Source of the DNA: Raja brachyura
Lineage: Eukaryota
Direction of reading: 5' to 3'
Assembly: GCA_963514005.1 (NCBI GenBank)
Contig: OY740797.1
Coordinates: forward strand, 42,470,001 to 42,534,000
DNA length: 64,000 nucleotides
The position numbers were made by a program, and so were the translations under genes. Of this stretch, positions 26,245 to 39,530 are shown in pieces. The notes under the pieces are model-generated. The model saw only the letters and a program-made list of their open reading frames with translations. It searched no databases and had not been told where the DNA came from. Positions within the stretch are counted from its first letter, which is position 1. Every line of letters begins with the position of its first letter.

Positions 26245-26786
26245 CAATAGACAATAGACAATAGGGGCAGAAGTAGGCCATTCGGCCCTTCGAGCCAGCA
26301 CTGCCATGCATTGTGATCATGGTTAATCATCCACAATCAGTACCCCATTCCTGCCTTCTCTCCATATCTCTTGACTCCGCTATCTTTAAGAGCTCTATCT
26401 TACTCTCTCTTGAAAGCATCCAGAAAATTGGCCTCCACTGCCTTCTGTGGCAGAGAATTCCACAGATTCACAACCCTCTGGAGAAAAAGTTGTTCCTCTT
26501 CTCCGTTCTAAATGGCCTACCCCTATTCTTAAACTATGGCCCCTGGCCCTGGACTCCCCCAACATCGGGAACATGTTTCCTGCCTCTAGCTTGTCCAATC
26601 CCTTTATAATCTTATATATTTCAATAAGATCCCTCTCTTCCTTCTAAGTATACAAGCCCAGTCACTCCATTCTTTCAACATATGACAGTCCCGCCATCCC
26701 GAGAATTAACCTTGTGAACCTACGCTGCACTCCCTCAATAGCAAGAATGTCCTTCCCCAAATTTGGAGACCAACACTGCACTCAAT
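26245..26786 (-). mobile_element. Young CR1/HER1 LINE 3' fragment
   Basis: Minus-strand DKLEAGNMFPMLGESRARGHSLRI and a (CAATAGA)n tail. Inverted homologue of 20427-20989. Confidence 0.9.
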
Positions 26787-26789
26787 CAA

Positions 26790-27162
26790 ATTTGGAGTCC
26801 AAAACTGTATCCTGCTTCAAAAGTATCTGCACTCATGTCGGTGAAAGAAATGTCTCACCTCCCAGTGCCAACCTCTTCTATCTTCATGGCTCCCCCTGCC
26901 GGCCTTCTATCCTCCCTGGACTTTTTTATTTCCAACTGCCAACGCGGCATGACACATCTTAATGTCTCCACTCCCCTTACCCACTTCAATCTCCCTCTCT
27001 CTGAAAGCACAACCCTCCACTCACCCAGTAACAATCCCAATTTTGTTGTCAAACCTGTACATACATTGAGTCTGACGAAGGGTCCCGACTCAAAGCATCA
27101 CCGACCCATGTTCTCCACAGATGCTGCCGGAACCATTGAATTACTCCAGCACTTTGGGTCTT
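26790..27162 (+). mobile_element. Degraded Penelope-like element 3' part plus pseudo-LTR
   Basis: Ends in tctgacgaagggtcccgactcaaagcatcacc...agatgctgcc...ttactccagcactttg. The upstream part loosely parallels the 58.1-58.4 kb copy. Confidence 0.6.
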
Positions 27163-30100
27163 TTAAAATATATCTGTTCATGTTTGCCTGAATCTTGCAT
27201 TTGTGATTGCCTCATGGTGCTTAAAATGTTAAAGTAGATTGCTGGACATTAGTTATGGACTAGCGCTGAAAGATAATAAAATAGGAAATGGTTTAGATTT
27301 GTAGTTAATGCTAAAAAACCATTCAACTTTTATTATACCTAAAACTTCCCCAGACTTCCTATCCATTCATTGACGTCAATTTGCTACCTTTTTAAAGTCC
27401 TTTTTTGGTGTTGTGCTTTTACACGTCAATGATGTGGGAACAGGAGAAGCTAAACCGTTACTGCATCTCCTATCGGCCTTAAAGGACCCTAAGGTGCCAA
27501 TCAGAGTCCAAGGCAGGAAGAATGAATTAGATTACAATCAATGCTCCTTCTTAGGATTTTACCAACTGAACACATTTTCAAAAGGAAATGTATTTTTGAA
27601 TAATATGCTCAAAACATAAAATTAATATTTATCCAAACTTCATGTAAAATGTAGACAAATTTGTATGATCAGAATGCCTGATCATCTTTGTAATTTTAAT
27701 GTACCTTTAATCCCATAAGAATACTTTATTCAACCTGAAATTATTTGCCGGAAGGGAAATAAACAGAAAGAAAAGATTAAAAGAAATAGAAAGCAAAAAC
27801 CAAAAGAAATACTGTTTTAAACATTTGAAGAAATGGGTATGCAAAACCTTTGAATGTTCAGGGCCAGAGAAATTGTTTGGCTGTCACTTCAGTGTGAAAC
27901 CAGTATGTGAATGTTGCAAATTCATGCCCTTGTGCACTTTGAATGGGAAGTCTATTGGCAAGGTATCGGTTTAACAAAGCTCATGGAGGAGCTGGACAAA
28001 TCACAGCAAGTTCCAGGTTTCTGCTTTTAACTGCACTCACTAGTCGATGTGGAGCTAGATGGTTCATTAAAGCAGAAAGCTGATGACTCGTCACTTTTTC
28101 TATCACTAAAGCTGGCCCTTCAGAATGCAACTTTTCTTTTAACTTTGCAACAAATTGATAATTGGAAATTTCATCCCAGTCGGGTGGACCAAACACAGTC
28201 TACAGACATTATTGTCAATAGAATGAATTTCGGACACAGAACAAGCTTTGATACAAATATAATGTGAGTGCTACTGACACGATGAATTGCTAGACATTAC
28301 TGTTTCTTTTAAAAACTTTTTCTTCACAATTTATCATCCCAATGATAGTTAAGTAGTAAATATTACTGCACAAAATGCCCTGCCACCTGAATCTTTGTTG
28401 TCATTTACAGCCTTATTGCAGACATTTTCATATACGGTTCAGCAAAACGTGATATATTTCTTAAATTTGCCTACTTGTTACTCAACTAATTGCATGGCAG
28501 TAAAATCATGAAAATTAAGCTCCAGAAATTTACGAAAAAAAATTTTGAATAGAAAAATCAATATTGCCAAAGATTTTATAAAAATCAATGGAACCAATTT
28601 TACTACATATTATTTCTGATTAGCTTGAAATGACATTTTAGTTTTTGCAATATCATTCAAATAATAGAACAATATCAAATTATGTTAAACTAGGAACAAG
28701 CTTTAAAACATTGAGAAAAACTTTGTAGGAAAATCTTATTACTAACTGTAATCAAGGGTTTGGTTACTATTAAAGATAGCAAATTACTCACGTGAAATAG
28801 CACGCGTCATTCTTTTTCTGCATTAAGATTGGAATTGTTCTAGGAGCTATAGTTATTTAATTTGTGTGCATTGAATATCATTGTATCATAATGCAAATGA
28901 TATAAGAAACAGATTATGGCTGACTGCCAGCTTGGTTCTAACTTAACTTTAAACACAGTTATTGAAACAGAATGTACTAGATTAACTAAAGAACTGCATG
29001 TTAAAGGCGGAAAGAATCAAATCAGTTTAATCCTTCCTTATATTTTATATATTTCCTATCCTTCAGTTGAAAAGAAGCCTTAACAGGTGACACACGGTGG
29101 AAAGTAGCTGCTCACAATGTTACATGTAGATGTGTATATAGTTGTGGAACTGAGATATGTGAGAACACATTTATTTATTTATTTACCCCTCATGAGTGGG
29201 TTAAAAAAATAAATTGTTACTCGTTTACTTGGGAAGCAATCAATAGAGTATTTAGTACTGTGAGGAAGTATTTTATGGGTTATTTTTTCCAAAATATTTT
29301 TGTGGGTAAATGAATCCTTGCTCCTGACTCCACTCCCCCGCAACTTCCTTTGAAATAGAGAAACCTCGACCTCACCACATACAGTTTACTACCACGTTCA
29401 GTCTATTTTGTTGTCGATTTAAGAACTATCTTTAGGAAATTCGGTAGCTTAATTTAATGCATTGGAATTCTGCGATTCAAATTGTTTTCTTCCCAATAGA
29501 GGCACGATCTGTCTGTGTTTAAAGGTAGGTAGAGAAAAAAAATCTAGGTTTTGATGATGTCCATCATTGAAATTATTGAATAGTGAAATAAAAGTCAGGA
29601 TAAAATACTGAAGATTCATAATTAATTGGATTCACATGCAATAGGTGTTAAAAACAATGTTGAACTATATAGTTTCTGATAGTTTCAGATTGTTAAAGGA
29701 TCTGGTTTTAAAAGGAGATAGAGTTTAAAAAGTAGTAAGAATAATTTGCAGAAAAAATAATTCTAAAAATATCAAATTTATATTCTGATGATCAAAGCAA
29801 GTTTTATGTTGCTAAAACTACGGGAACATTTTCAGTGATAAAACATGGGTTGAAGAGATGGAGGCTAGTGCATTGGCAGAAATGATTTGCTTTAAAATGT
29901 TTTAACCCTTTTATTTTCTATTATAGATGTGAACACTGCATTTGTATTGCTGAAAAATGTCAAGTATATTTGATTTTTGGATCTGGGGTTAAAGTATTTT
30001 ATTGAATATCATCTCCTCTGCACACACTTAATTTGTAGAAAGCTTCAACTTTGCAATTTGCAATGGTTTAAAGATACAAATCTGTATACAAAATGAATCC

Positions 30101-31124
30101 CTTCTATTAATAACTTTGTGTAATCCCCTGTTCATGAAACAGGGAGACTTCATTTGATTATAAATACTTGGTAATTATTAGGTGCAGCTTTAGTTTAATA
30201 TGATAACGTTTGAAATATTTTGAATGCCTGGTTTGCTTTGGCTGGTTTTGAGAATCAGTTTGTAAACTAGAAATCATTATGATATCTGCTCAAAATCACT
30301 CAATCAGAATAATATATTTTAATTGCAATATATATTAAATTTAACATTTCTCATTGCATTTGGCTAACTTTATTCATGAAACTTAAATCCCCTTAAATTG
30401 TTTTTTTTTTTTTAAATAATATCCGTTCATTCAAGATATCTAAAGCATAATGCCACTATAATGAAGGCTATATAGTGAAATTCTTCAACAACACTTTTTC
30501 TCGAAGAATTGCACAGTTAAAATGGATCTGTGTTACCGTGTTTCCCTTCTGATCTGGGACTGCAACCATATTTCTTAATTAAAATGAAAACAACAACAAT
30601 ATTGAATAAAGCAGGCTGGCAGAAGCAATTTTGTGTGAGCCATGGGTGCATACTGTAGAAGCAAGATTTTTTGCAAGGGTCCATTTTGGGAATTGAATCT
30701 ACCTAAAATCACTCCAGCCTTTCAGTCGAATTAAGGCCATACATGTTCTTCTTCAGGCATTCTTGCTAGTTGAGTTGCAAGATAAAATCACAGAAAGTTT
30801 TCTAGTTCATAATTACATTGAAATAATTAAAAAGGCATTTCCCACAGCTTTTAAAAACGGATCTTCCTTTTGAGCTCACCTGTTCAATCTGTGCAAGCTA
30901 GTCAGCTTTATAACTGATATACTTTGTATACTTCAGGAGATGAGGATTAACGGGAGTTGGTACTCAACTTTAAACCTTTGCTGCATTGCCCTTTATCCTT
31001 TGATAAAGATTTTTTAAGGGTGTGTATCTGTTAATATGTTTCAGAGGGCTTGCAGATAAGGAATGTGTGCTTAAATTGTGGAGCTTTGTGTTCTTGTACT
31101 TGTTCTCATTCTGTTCTCTTCCAG

Positions 31125-31326
31125 ACTGAAAGCTCATATCCTATAGTTGGCAGGCTGGGATCATCTGGACAACTGGCATCTCTTTGACCACCATCGTTGC
31201 TGCTTCATGATCTGCCAGCACCAGCCATAACTCACCAGTGCAAGATAGATTATGTCTTTTGCTTTTCTCCCATAACACACAAACTAGATAATCTGGCCAA
31301 AAGCCAGTGACTTTTATCCAGCAAAG
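31125..31326 (+). ncRNA. Candidate non-coding exon (202 nt), probably of the same lncRNA as 1584-1691
   Basis: Long pyrimidine tract with CAG acceptor (ttctcattctgttctcttccag|) and donor AAG|GTATGT. No through-going ORF. Lies in a TE-free block. Confidence 0.5.
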
Positions 31327-33359
31327 GTATGTGGCAGATAATACTGCAACGATTGATTAAGAAACAAGTATTCTGATCCTTGTAATCTACATGATGCAAC
31401 AAATAAAATGAATAACTTAAATGGAAATATACTCGGCAATACAAACTCATGTTATCCAGTGTGCTAATAATGGTATATTTCTGACCACTTTATCCTTGAT
31501 ATCATTAGTGGTAGGTTGGTTGGGAATCATTAGCACATGTCTTATCCACCTGTAAAATGTATTGCTGCTTTTTTAATTAGCAAATAAATAACACGTCCTG
31601 CAAAATCTGTAAATGGCAAGAGACTTCACCTTTTAATCGTGTCCATCTTTCATCTGCGTGCATTCTGAAACAGTGGAACATTTTCACAAACTGCGAGCTA
31701 GACTTCGCTCCTCCACACACTATCAGGCCCATGTCGCCTTAAACCAGAGCACCATGGATCACAGCCGCAATCACTGCAATGCCACAAACACATTAATGGA
31801 TTAACAACCACGCAGAGAGAAGGATGTATTCCTCAAACACTCTTTCCCCCCAGGAATGTCGGAAATCATTCATCCTCTTGCTGATATTGATATTTGGATC
31901 AAAACATCAAAACAGCCAATATTCCAAATTCAACAAACTTGTGAATATATCTTAATTGACCCAGATTACAAATTCTGTTTCTTTCTACAGCTTGTAGAAT
32001 TTGATAAGATATTTGCTCGGTGTCAGTGAAATATCGAGTAAATCCGACGTTAGTGCAAACAGTTAACATTTAAGAATCTTGACACACAGTGAGTCCACAT
32101 GTGTATGGCAGATGTGTGGACATAAGCTTGGCATTCTCTGAGAACCACCCGATAGTTACATGGCTGCTGGTAGTTGATTTTATTAATACATAAAGGTCAA
32201 TCACTATGGGACTTGCATTCTCCCATACAGGGAAGAGAGGTTCTCCTGAATGCAATTCTGAGGTTACTGTTTAACTGATCATGTAGATTATTGAGTGCAA
32301 TAAATCTGACCGTTAACCTGCTTTTGCGATCTTAAAAGATAGCTTTTTTTAAAAAATCCAGTGTAAGAATGAATGATGCCGATGAACACGAGGAGAAAGT
32401 AACATATCTTCATCCATTGCTGCATTTTGTTTTGCCAAGAAAAACCACTGTATTATGGCAGATTTGCCAGATTCCACTGTTCTAATATTCCTAACTTCTT
32501 AAATAAGTACATGCACTGCTGCTGGCATATGATTGATTGAAATGCCCTATGGAGTATTGAGATGATTCCAAGCTAGTATAAAATGGAAGCTCGTTCTTTG
32601 TTTTCTAAAGGAAATCTAACAAACTCAACTAAAATATTAACCATGTGTGATTGGACAGTATCTATTCCAAGTACTTGTGATTTTACTCGCTTTTATGGTC
32701 TCAATTTAAAAAAGATGCCTGCTTTTTTTCACAGATGGCAAATGGTAGTATTCGAACACATTGAGAGTTTTAGTAGGATGACAGTAATATACCAATAATG
32801 ATTCTTATACCCCTGCTATATCAGTGCAGCATATCGGCACCTGTGGTGAATGGGACACTTATGTTGTATTTGTTCTGAACTATAATGAAACATCACAAAA
32901 GCTTTTTTTAGATCCCAGAGAAGTCAGAATAATAATTTGATAGTGAGATTCCACCACAACACCCGTACGTTAACGAAGGTACCCACATCCACTTTCGTAC
33001 TCTGACCTGCTTCTTCTCGAGAATGGATTTGTTTACAGCTCTCAACTTGCATGCGAGATACAAAAATATTGATTTTTACCATGCATGCATAATCGTTCTA
33101 GCTCATCTTAACTTTCTCCTTCCTTTGTTGTAGACAGTAAAGAGAAAACCTTGCCCTCTCAGAAACATAATATCTCTATTAGTAATATTTTCATTAATAA
33201 TTTAGTGCAAATTGATTTGATTTTTTACCCCAATCATTAACCAAATTCCAGGGGTCATTTCCTGTACTTCAAAAGTATTGAATTGTAGTGAATGTTGTGA
33301 GTCAAGTTATCTTACAGCATGAGAACACATTTCATCTTTCCATACTTCATTACAACATT

Positions 33360-33660
33360 AAAGGAGGCCATTTTGACCCATTGCATCTGTGCTGGATCAT
33401 CAGAACAATCCCATTCTCCCAATACTTTTCCCTATAAACCTATTCCTCCCACCTTCCCGTCAATGCTCCTGGATTCTTCCACCCATCTGTATACAAAGGG
33501 ACAATTGACAATGGCCAATTAACCAACCAACCGGCACACCTTTGGGATGTTGGAGGAAACAAGAGCACCTATGGGAAACCCTTCACAACCGCAGAGAGAA
33601 AGTACAACTCTGCATGGACAGCAGCTGAGGTCAGAATTGAACCAGGTCACTGGGGCTGCC
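33360..33660 (-). mobile_element. Degraded HE1-like V-SINE
   Basis: gccaattaaccaaccaaccggcacacctttgggatgttggaggaaac...gaggtcagaattgaacc. Confidence 0.65.
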
Positions 33661-33873
33661 TACAACAAAGGAGGGAGAAAGTTAAGATAAGCTGGACTGA
33701 TTATCCATGCCTGGTAAAAATCAATCTTTTTGTATCTCCCATGCAAGTTGAGAGCTGTAAACAATGTGCAAGAGTTTGGAATTTTTGCAAATATTTGCGA
33801 ACAACTGCATCTAAATTACCTTCAGATTTAGTGTCCATATACAAACAATCAGACCGTGAGTAGATGAATCCTG

Positions 33874-33980
33874 TACAATACGATACGACACAATACGATA
33901 GAACTTTATTAATCCCACGAGGGAAATTGATCTGACAGCTGTGATAAAAGACAGGAAAATACATGAAACATGAAATAGAC
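33874..33980 (-). mobile_element. LINE (Rex1-like) extreme 3' tail
   Basis: The minus strand reads caatttccctcgtgggattaataaagttctatcgtattgtgtcgtatcgtattgta, a hairpin followed by AATAAA and a microsatellite tail. Confidence 0.55.
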
Positions 33981-35201
33981 ATTCAGGGAGCCTATAGGCC
34001 ATCATATTAGTTGTCGATTCCTTTCCCTCCTAATTACGATCATTTTCATGTTAGCACCATTGTAAGATGTAGGAGGAGTGCAAAGGCAACAGAAATTAGT
34101 ATAGAAGCTAAAGATAAAAGAGATGTATACCCATTCTAGAATATGCCACGTGCTTAATAGTCAGAGAAACTACTGTTATAATTCTTAAAGACAAAAAAAA
34201 AGTTCTTATATTTGTATTTTGCAAATAGTTTCCATTGGAACAATGGCCAGAATCATAGGATTTAAATTGGTTATCTCTTGAGAATGGATAATGGGATCAC
34301 AGAGTGCAATTAACCTGTGCCAGCTGCATTAATACTGACACCAACTTCTTCCTTCCAGCATATTTGTGTGATTGCTATGTAGAGCCAGTGTTAACCACTT
34401 TATTCATTGGCTGAGTGCCTCAACGGGGAACAAAACCATGAGTGACTGGTACCACTTAAAGCTACTTGGAGCCAAGAGCAGGGACATGCATTGTGATGGT
34501 TGTAAGTGCTGGTTGCTCTGGAACTCATTCTGTCCTGGGATACACCGAAGATGGAGCTGTTTGCGAGAGAGAGAGGACTCTACATGACTTGACATCACTT
34601 CCTTGGAAGACTTTATTGGAGGAGAGGAGGAAAAAGCAGAGGAGGAAAGATATGGGTTCTTCACAGAAGGGGCAGGATATCCTCACAGTTAGCCATGGAG
34701 TTCAACACAAGAATCAAGCCCCATGTTCCTGTAGCCAGGAACGTTTTTCAGATTGGAAAGAATTGTTCCTGAACCATTTCTTTTTCAGTGACCTCTGCAG
34801 AAACATTTAATAATTGCATTGATCTCACTTTTCTGAGAAAGATCTTCCTGACTGAATAGATTTTCCTATCGCCATGTAGAAGAACATCCAAATGTAATTT
34901 GTCTAATATTCAGTTTAATAAAAGCAGAACTTTGATTGAAAATCTCCTATTTGGAAATATTATTTTTCATGAAATTTGCAATTTTGTTTATGAGTAAAAT
35001 GAAATATTATAAATAGTATAATATGAAGGGAACTTAGGCATCTTTGATATGAAGACAAACACCATACTGATCTGTGCATTTGGTGAAATTTATTTCCCCT
35101 TGGCAGCAGGTTGTTTATTTTGGGTGGATTATTTTGGTTACCAATTAATCTCAGTGCTTGGAGAAAACTTGGGGAAACAAAACTGGCCTTTATTAACAAC
35201 T

Positions 35202-35334
35202 GGGGTGGGAGATAGCAACCTTCTCGTGGTCCGCCCGGTTTTGACTAATGCAATCAACCTGACGTGCACAAACAAATAGATCAAATAGAACACATTGACT
35301 TACAACTTTAGGCTGTGCACGCCATACGAAGAAG
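35202..35334 (+). mobile_element. HDV-ribozyme-headed short retroposon, copy 2 (ribozyme 35202-35255, partly degenerate)
   Basis: ggggtgggagatagcaaccttctcgtggtccgcccggttttgactaatgcaatc...ggctgtgcacgccatacgaagaag. Flanked by ATTAACAA(C) duplications at 35192-35200 and 35335-35351. Confidence 0.82.
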
Positions 35335-35416
35335 ATTAACAAATTAACAACCAAGAACCAAGAACAAGGTGCGGTTAAATAAAATAAAGGCCTAGAAACA
35401 ACTCCGTGATGTTTTG

Positions 35417-35625
35417 TGTAGGAAGGAACCGCAGATGCTGGTTTACACTAAAGATAGACACAAAATGCTGGAGTAACTCAGCGAGACAGGCAGCATCTCT
35501 GGAGAGAAGGAATGGGTGATGTTCCAGGCCTGAAGAAGGGTCTTGACCTGAAAAGTCATGCATTCCTTCCCTCCAGAGATGCTGCCTGTCTCGCTGAGTT
35601 ACTCCAGCATTTTGTATCTATCTTC
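35417..35625. mobile_element. Penelope-like pseudo-LTR foldback with hammerhead core at 35530-35557
   Basis: agatagacacaaaatgctggagtaactcagcgagacaggcagcatctctggag and the near-perfect inverted ctccagagatgctgcctgtctcgctgagttactccagcattttgtatctatct. Confidence 0.88.
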
Positions 35626-36434
35626 TATGATGTTCAGTTGTGGCCTGTACAGAATTGTGGACCATCTCAATCCTGTATGTAAAAAGCACACAGAATGTGT
35701 TCAGAGGATGACAGAGGAGCTTTGTTGACTTTTCTCTGTGATGCCAATGTTATGTTGATAATCACATTTTTAGTTTGAGTGTGGCCATCTCAACTGATGT
35801 TCTGCAAATTCTTACTGTCTCAACATGGAGTACAGCATGTATGATTTTTGTGTTCAGGTTTTAAAGGGGGAGACCACTGTACAAGCAACACTCTTCCAAC
35901 TACTGAGGAATGTTGCAACATAATAAATAAATGCTGCAGTTAGGGAAATGATGAGAGATGGGGGGAGAGTCCTAGTGGGTCAAGGAGTCCTTGAGAAGTA
36001 GTGAAGATTAATGTCTGCAGGAGGCGTGCCTTTTGTCGACGTGGTCACACTCCTGGTTGCTGAGGACGTTTCCCTGTGGATATGAGTACAATCTCAAATA
36101 CCTGTACTTTCAAGAAACCTGCAATGCAAGAAAATACCTGGCTAACTAACTATGCCCCTGGGCTGCAGGCAAAGTAGATGAAATCTCCACTCCTTAAGTG
36201 TGCAGTTTGTGTAACTTCCCTAATGTAGCAGTGTGCAGCAACATATGGTGTGGCAACCAGGAATAATCCTAAAACTGGAAAGCCGATAGTGATCCTGATG
36301 TCCATGTTCTAGGCAGTAATGAAACGTGTGATGTTGGTTAGGAGATCAGAAGGCAGTTCGAGTTTTGCCTTTTTAAATTATGCAATTTCTGGCAAAATGT
36401 GTTTGGTAATGCCTAGTTATTATTATTTGAGTAG

Positions 36435-36553
36435 ATAAAAGGAACTGCAGGTGCTGGAATCTTGCATACAACACAAAATTGCTGGAGTAACTCAGCGTGA
36501 CAGGCAGCATCTCTGGAGAGAAAGAATGGGTGAAGTTTCAGGTCGAGACCCTA
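36435..36553 (-). mobile_element. Penelope-like pseudo-LTR fragment
   Basis: ggaactgcaggtgctgg...gctggagtaactcagcgtgacaggcagcatctctgg...tttcaggtcgagaccc. Confidence 0.8.
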
Positions 36554-38900
36554 ATAGGAACTGGCATTTTTCAGACCATTTTGGTTGCAAATCTCACTGC
36601 AGACATGTTGCACTAGTGTTGATGCCATTTGAAGAAAATTTATTTTGGGAACAATTGCAATGGAAAACTTTCAAAATATGTGGAGCAAATGTCTCAATGG
36701 AAATCTTCCAGCCCAAAATATCAGTTGAACAATAAAATTGTGATATCTAGTAACTTGAAATTAATTTCATCCTAATTACTATATGCAATGTAATTGCAAG
36801 GAAGTTGTACAATATGGACAAATATTCCTAAAGATATGATGTTGACACAAGACCATCAAGTGGAAGAGGATAGTAATTGGATTCTACCATTCAATTCGGG
36901 CCATATGATTTTGGATACTTCAGATCATTTAAAAGTAGCAGTGTAGAAGAAGTGTAAGTGATTCAGAATCTTATCTGTGAGATGGATAAAGAAGCTGGTA
37001 AGTTTATTAAAATTAATCAGAAATATTAAATAAGGGAACAAAGCCTTTATCGTCAACTCAACAACTAAACTACTCAGAAGAATAATTCTAATTAACCTTG
37101 AGAATAGCAAATGCTTGACCAAATGCTAGTTCATTAGATACATTATTCATTTTATTTTAAACTCCAGATCACAAATTAAAACACCTTTCAACAATCAAAT
37201 CAAAAGTTACATCTCGCCCAGGACTAGATTGAACATACTTTTAAAACAATAAATATCTGTTACACCCTCAAGTCAGAATTTTATCTGACTGAGAAGTGAT
37301 TTCATAGGTTAGTGTGTATCTGCCAAGTTTATAATATGCAAACGCACTAACAGATTAGAAATTTTATTGGCAGCCCTATTTTTCTTAATTCCTTGAAATA
37401 TGGAAGGAAAGCATAATATTTTGACATGAGTAAGTGAATTGTCAATTGGATCTGCAAAGCACAAGTGGTTATAACTGTCATCTGAACCCTGAAGTGTTAA
37501 TCGCGATATGTTCGAGCACTCTTTAGCTTCTGATTTACTTCATGAGTGCGATGGAAATGGATACGTTACCCCTCATTTGATCAAAGGACAAGTTTAAGTT
37601 TCCAACTCCTGTGGCACAATATCAAAGTCTGCTGACTCTCCCAAAGAAATTACTTGCAGGAAACATCATAGACTTGGTGGCCTGGTTGGAAATACTGATG
37701 TTTCTATTGTGTGAGAAGAGATTTTGCAATTTAAAATAGGAAATGGATCAAAATCGAATGCAACTTTCACCCCCTCTCAATTGTTGCTGCCTCCTGTTCT
37801 TCCGTCATAGTCCAAACAGAGGTGGAGGCTTTGAAAGAAAATAATAGAGGGGTACAAAACTGAGGAATGACTTAGTCAATAATGAAAGGAGGGGAAGCAA
37901 ATGAATTTTTGACTAGCTGATGGTTGGAATAAAATATGTTGAAATTTTGCAATACTTACAGGAAACGTGCAACATATTATGTTATGCATTTCTTGCTCTG
38001 ATGGATAATATTGTCAATACATTTTAGTTCATTGCAGAAGTTCAAATAGCCACAGACAATGCAGAGGCCAGTTTCTCGTAATAAAATAAAACTGATAACT
38101 TCTTTCACACGGCTTCTAGTGACCATCCCAGCAGCAGCATTGCCACGAGGCTCTGAGATCATTGGCTGTCCATTATCTCTCTTGGATGACAGCAAGTGTG
38201 TGAGTGAAGATTAGGACTTAGAGCAAACATTAATTTTAAATGGCAAAATGCGTGATAGAAAACTGATGAATGAAGGTATAAAATAATAACTCAGACAAGA
38301 ATAAACCGATGAGAAAGAAATGACTTAAAGCAAGAGAAAACAGAAACAATTTTAACCTTTAATGCCAAGAGCGAAAAACATAGATTGGCAGCTTATTTTA
38401 CACACTGGCTTTCTTTCACAATAGTGCCAGGTGTGAAACCAATTGCCGACTGCTCTTGTCCTTTTTAAAAAAAAACAAATTTAACAACTAATTTCTCTCT
38501 GAAAAGGCTTAAACAGAGATTAAAAACAGAAAATGTTGTGAATACTAAGCAGATAAGGAGCCATTTAAAGAAGTAGGGAAGCACTGTAGAGAAGTGGAGT
38601 TAACATTTCAGGTTGATGAGGTTCATCAACCTGCAATGAGAAGTATATGTGACAGAATGCTAATATTTATCCAGCTGTGGTACCGTCTTTGTCAGAAGGT
38701 GGTAGTGTTTATTGTGTACTTTTACAAAGGTGCAATCTGTGCATTATGGTGCTCTTCCTATCCACAGTATTTTCCAACTGAAGTTGATGGGATACCTGAC
38801 CGCATATAAATTGCACATTTTGAGCACCTATTGTTTCCCTTCATCTATGGTACGTCTAGAAACTTAAACTACAAATCATGGATTATTGGATTATTCAATT

Positions 38901-39170
38901 TTAGGTTTAGTTTAGTGATACAGTGCGGAAACAGGCCCTTCGGCCTACCGAGTCTGCACCGACCAGCAATCCCCACACATTAACACCATCCTACACACAC
39001 TAGGGACAATTACACACACACCAAGCCAATTAACCTACATACCTGTACGTCTTTGGAGTGTGGGAGGAAACCAAAGATCTAGGAGGAAACCAACGTGGTA
39101 CAAACTCTGTACAGACAGCACCCGTAGTCGGGATTGAATTAGTGTCTCCGGTGATGCAATCGCTGCAACT
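38901..39170 (-). mobile_element. HE1-type V-SINE
   Basis: tttagtttagtgatacagtgcggaaacaggcccttcggcc...gtctttggagtgtgggaggaaacc...cagcacccgtagtcgggattgaa. Confidence 0.88.
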
Positions 39171-39182
39171 TCCACAATACAC

Positions 39183-39237
39183 CTCTCCCCCCTCTCCCCC
39201 CTCTCCCCCCTCTCCCCGCTCTCTCCCCCCCCCCCTC
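39183..39237. repeat. C-rich tandem repeat (CTCTCCCCC)n
   Basis: About 5-6 imperfect 9-bp units, directly visible. Probably part of the adjacent Penelope-like 3' region. Confidence 0.8.
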
Positions 39238-39289
39238 TTCATCCAGTAAAAGTTTGTTAATTGGTTCCACAGTTCACATCTATTTATTT

Positions 39290-39530
39290 CTCTTGGGCTC
39301 ACATCATCTCCAGCCAACAACTAGCCTATCAGGGAACCTCCTTGCCTGAGGTCATCTGTTGCCGGCTCTAATGTTGCCATTATTTTTCATTCTTCACTTC
39401 CACAATTTTTCCCCCAACTCTAAATTCTACAAACAGTCTGAAGAAGCGTCCCGACCCGAAGCATCACATATCCATTTTCTCCCGAGATGCTGCCTGACCC
39501 GTTGAGTTACTCCAGCATTTTGTGTCTATC
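39290..39530 (+). mobile_element. Penelope-like 3' UTR plus pseudo-LTR
   Basis: cagtctgaagaagcgtcccgacccgaagcatcac...gagatgctgcctgacccgttgagttactccagcattttgtgtct. Confidence 0.8.

Noticed and set aside
31228-31245. Minus-strand donor consensus CTG|GTGAGT
   Set aside because: No convincing minus-strand acceptor upstream, and the + strand exon model explains the region better.
31744-31765. REST/RE1-like AGCACCATGGA
   Set aside because: The right half-site (CAGCGCC) is absent and the left TTC is missing.
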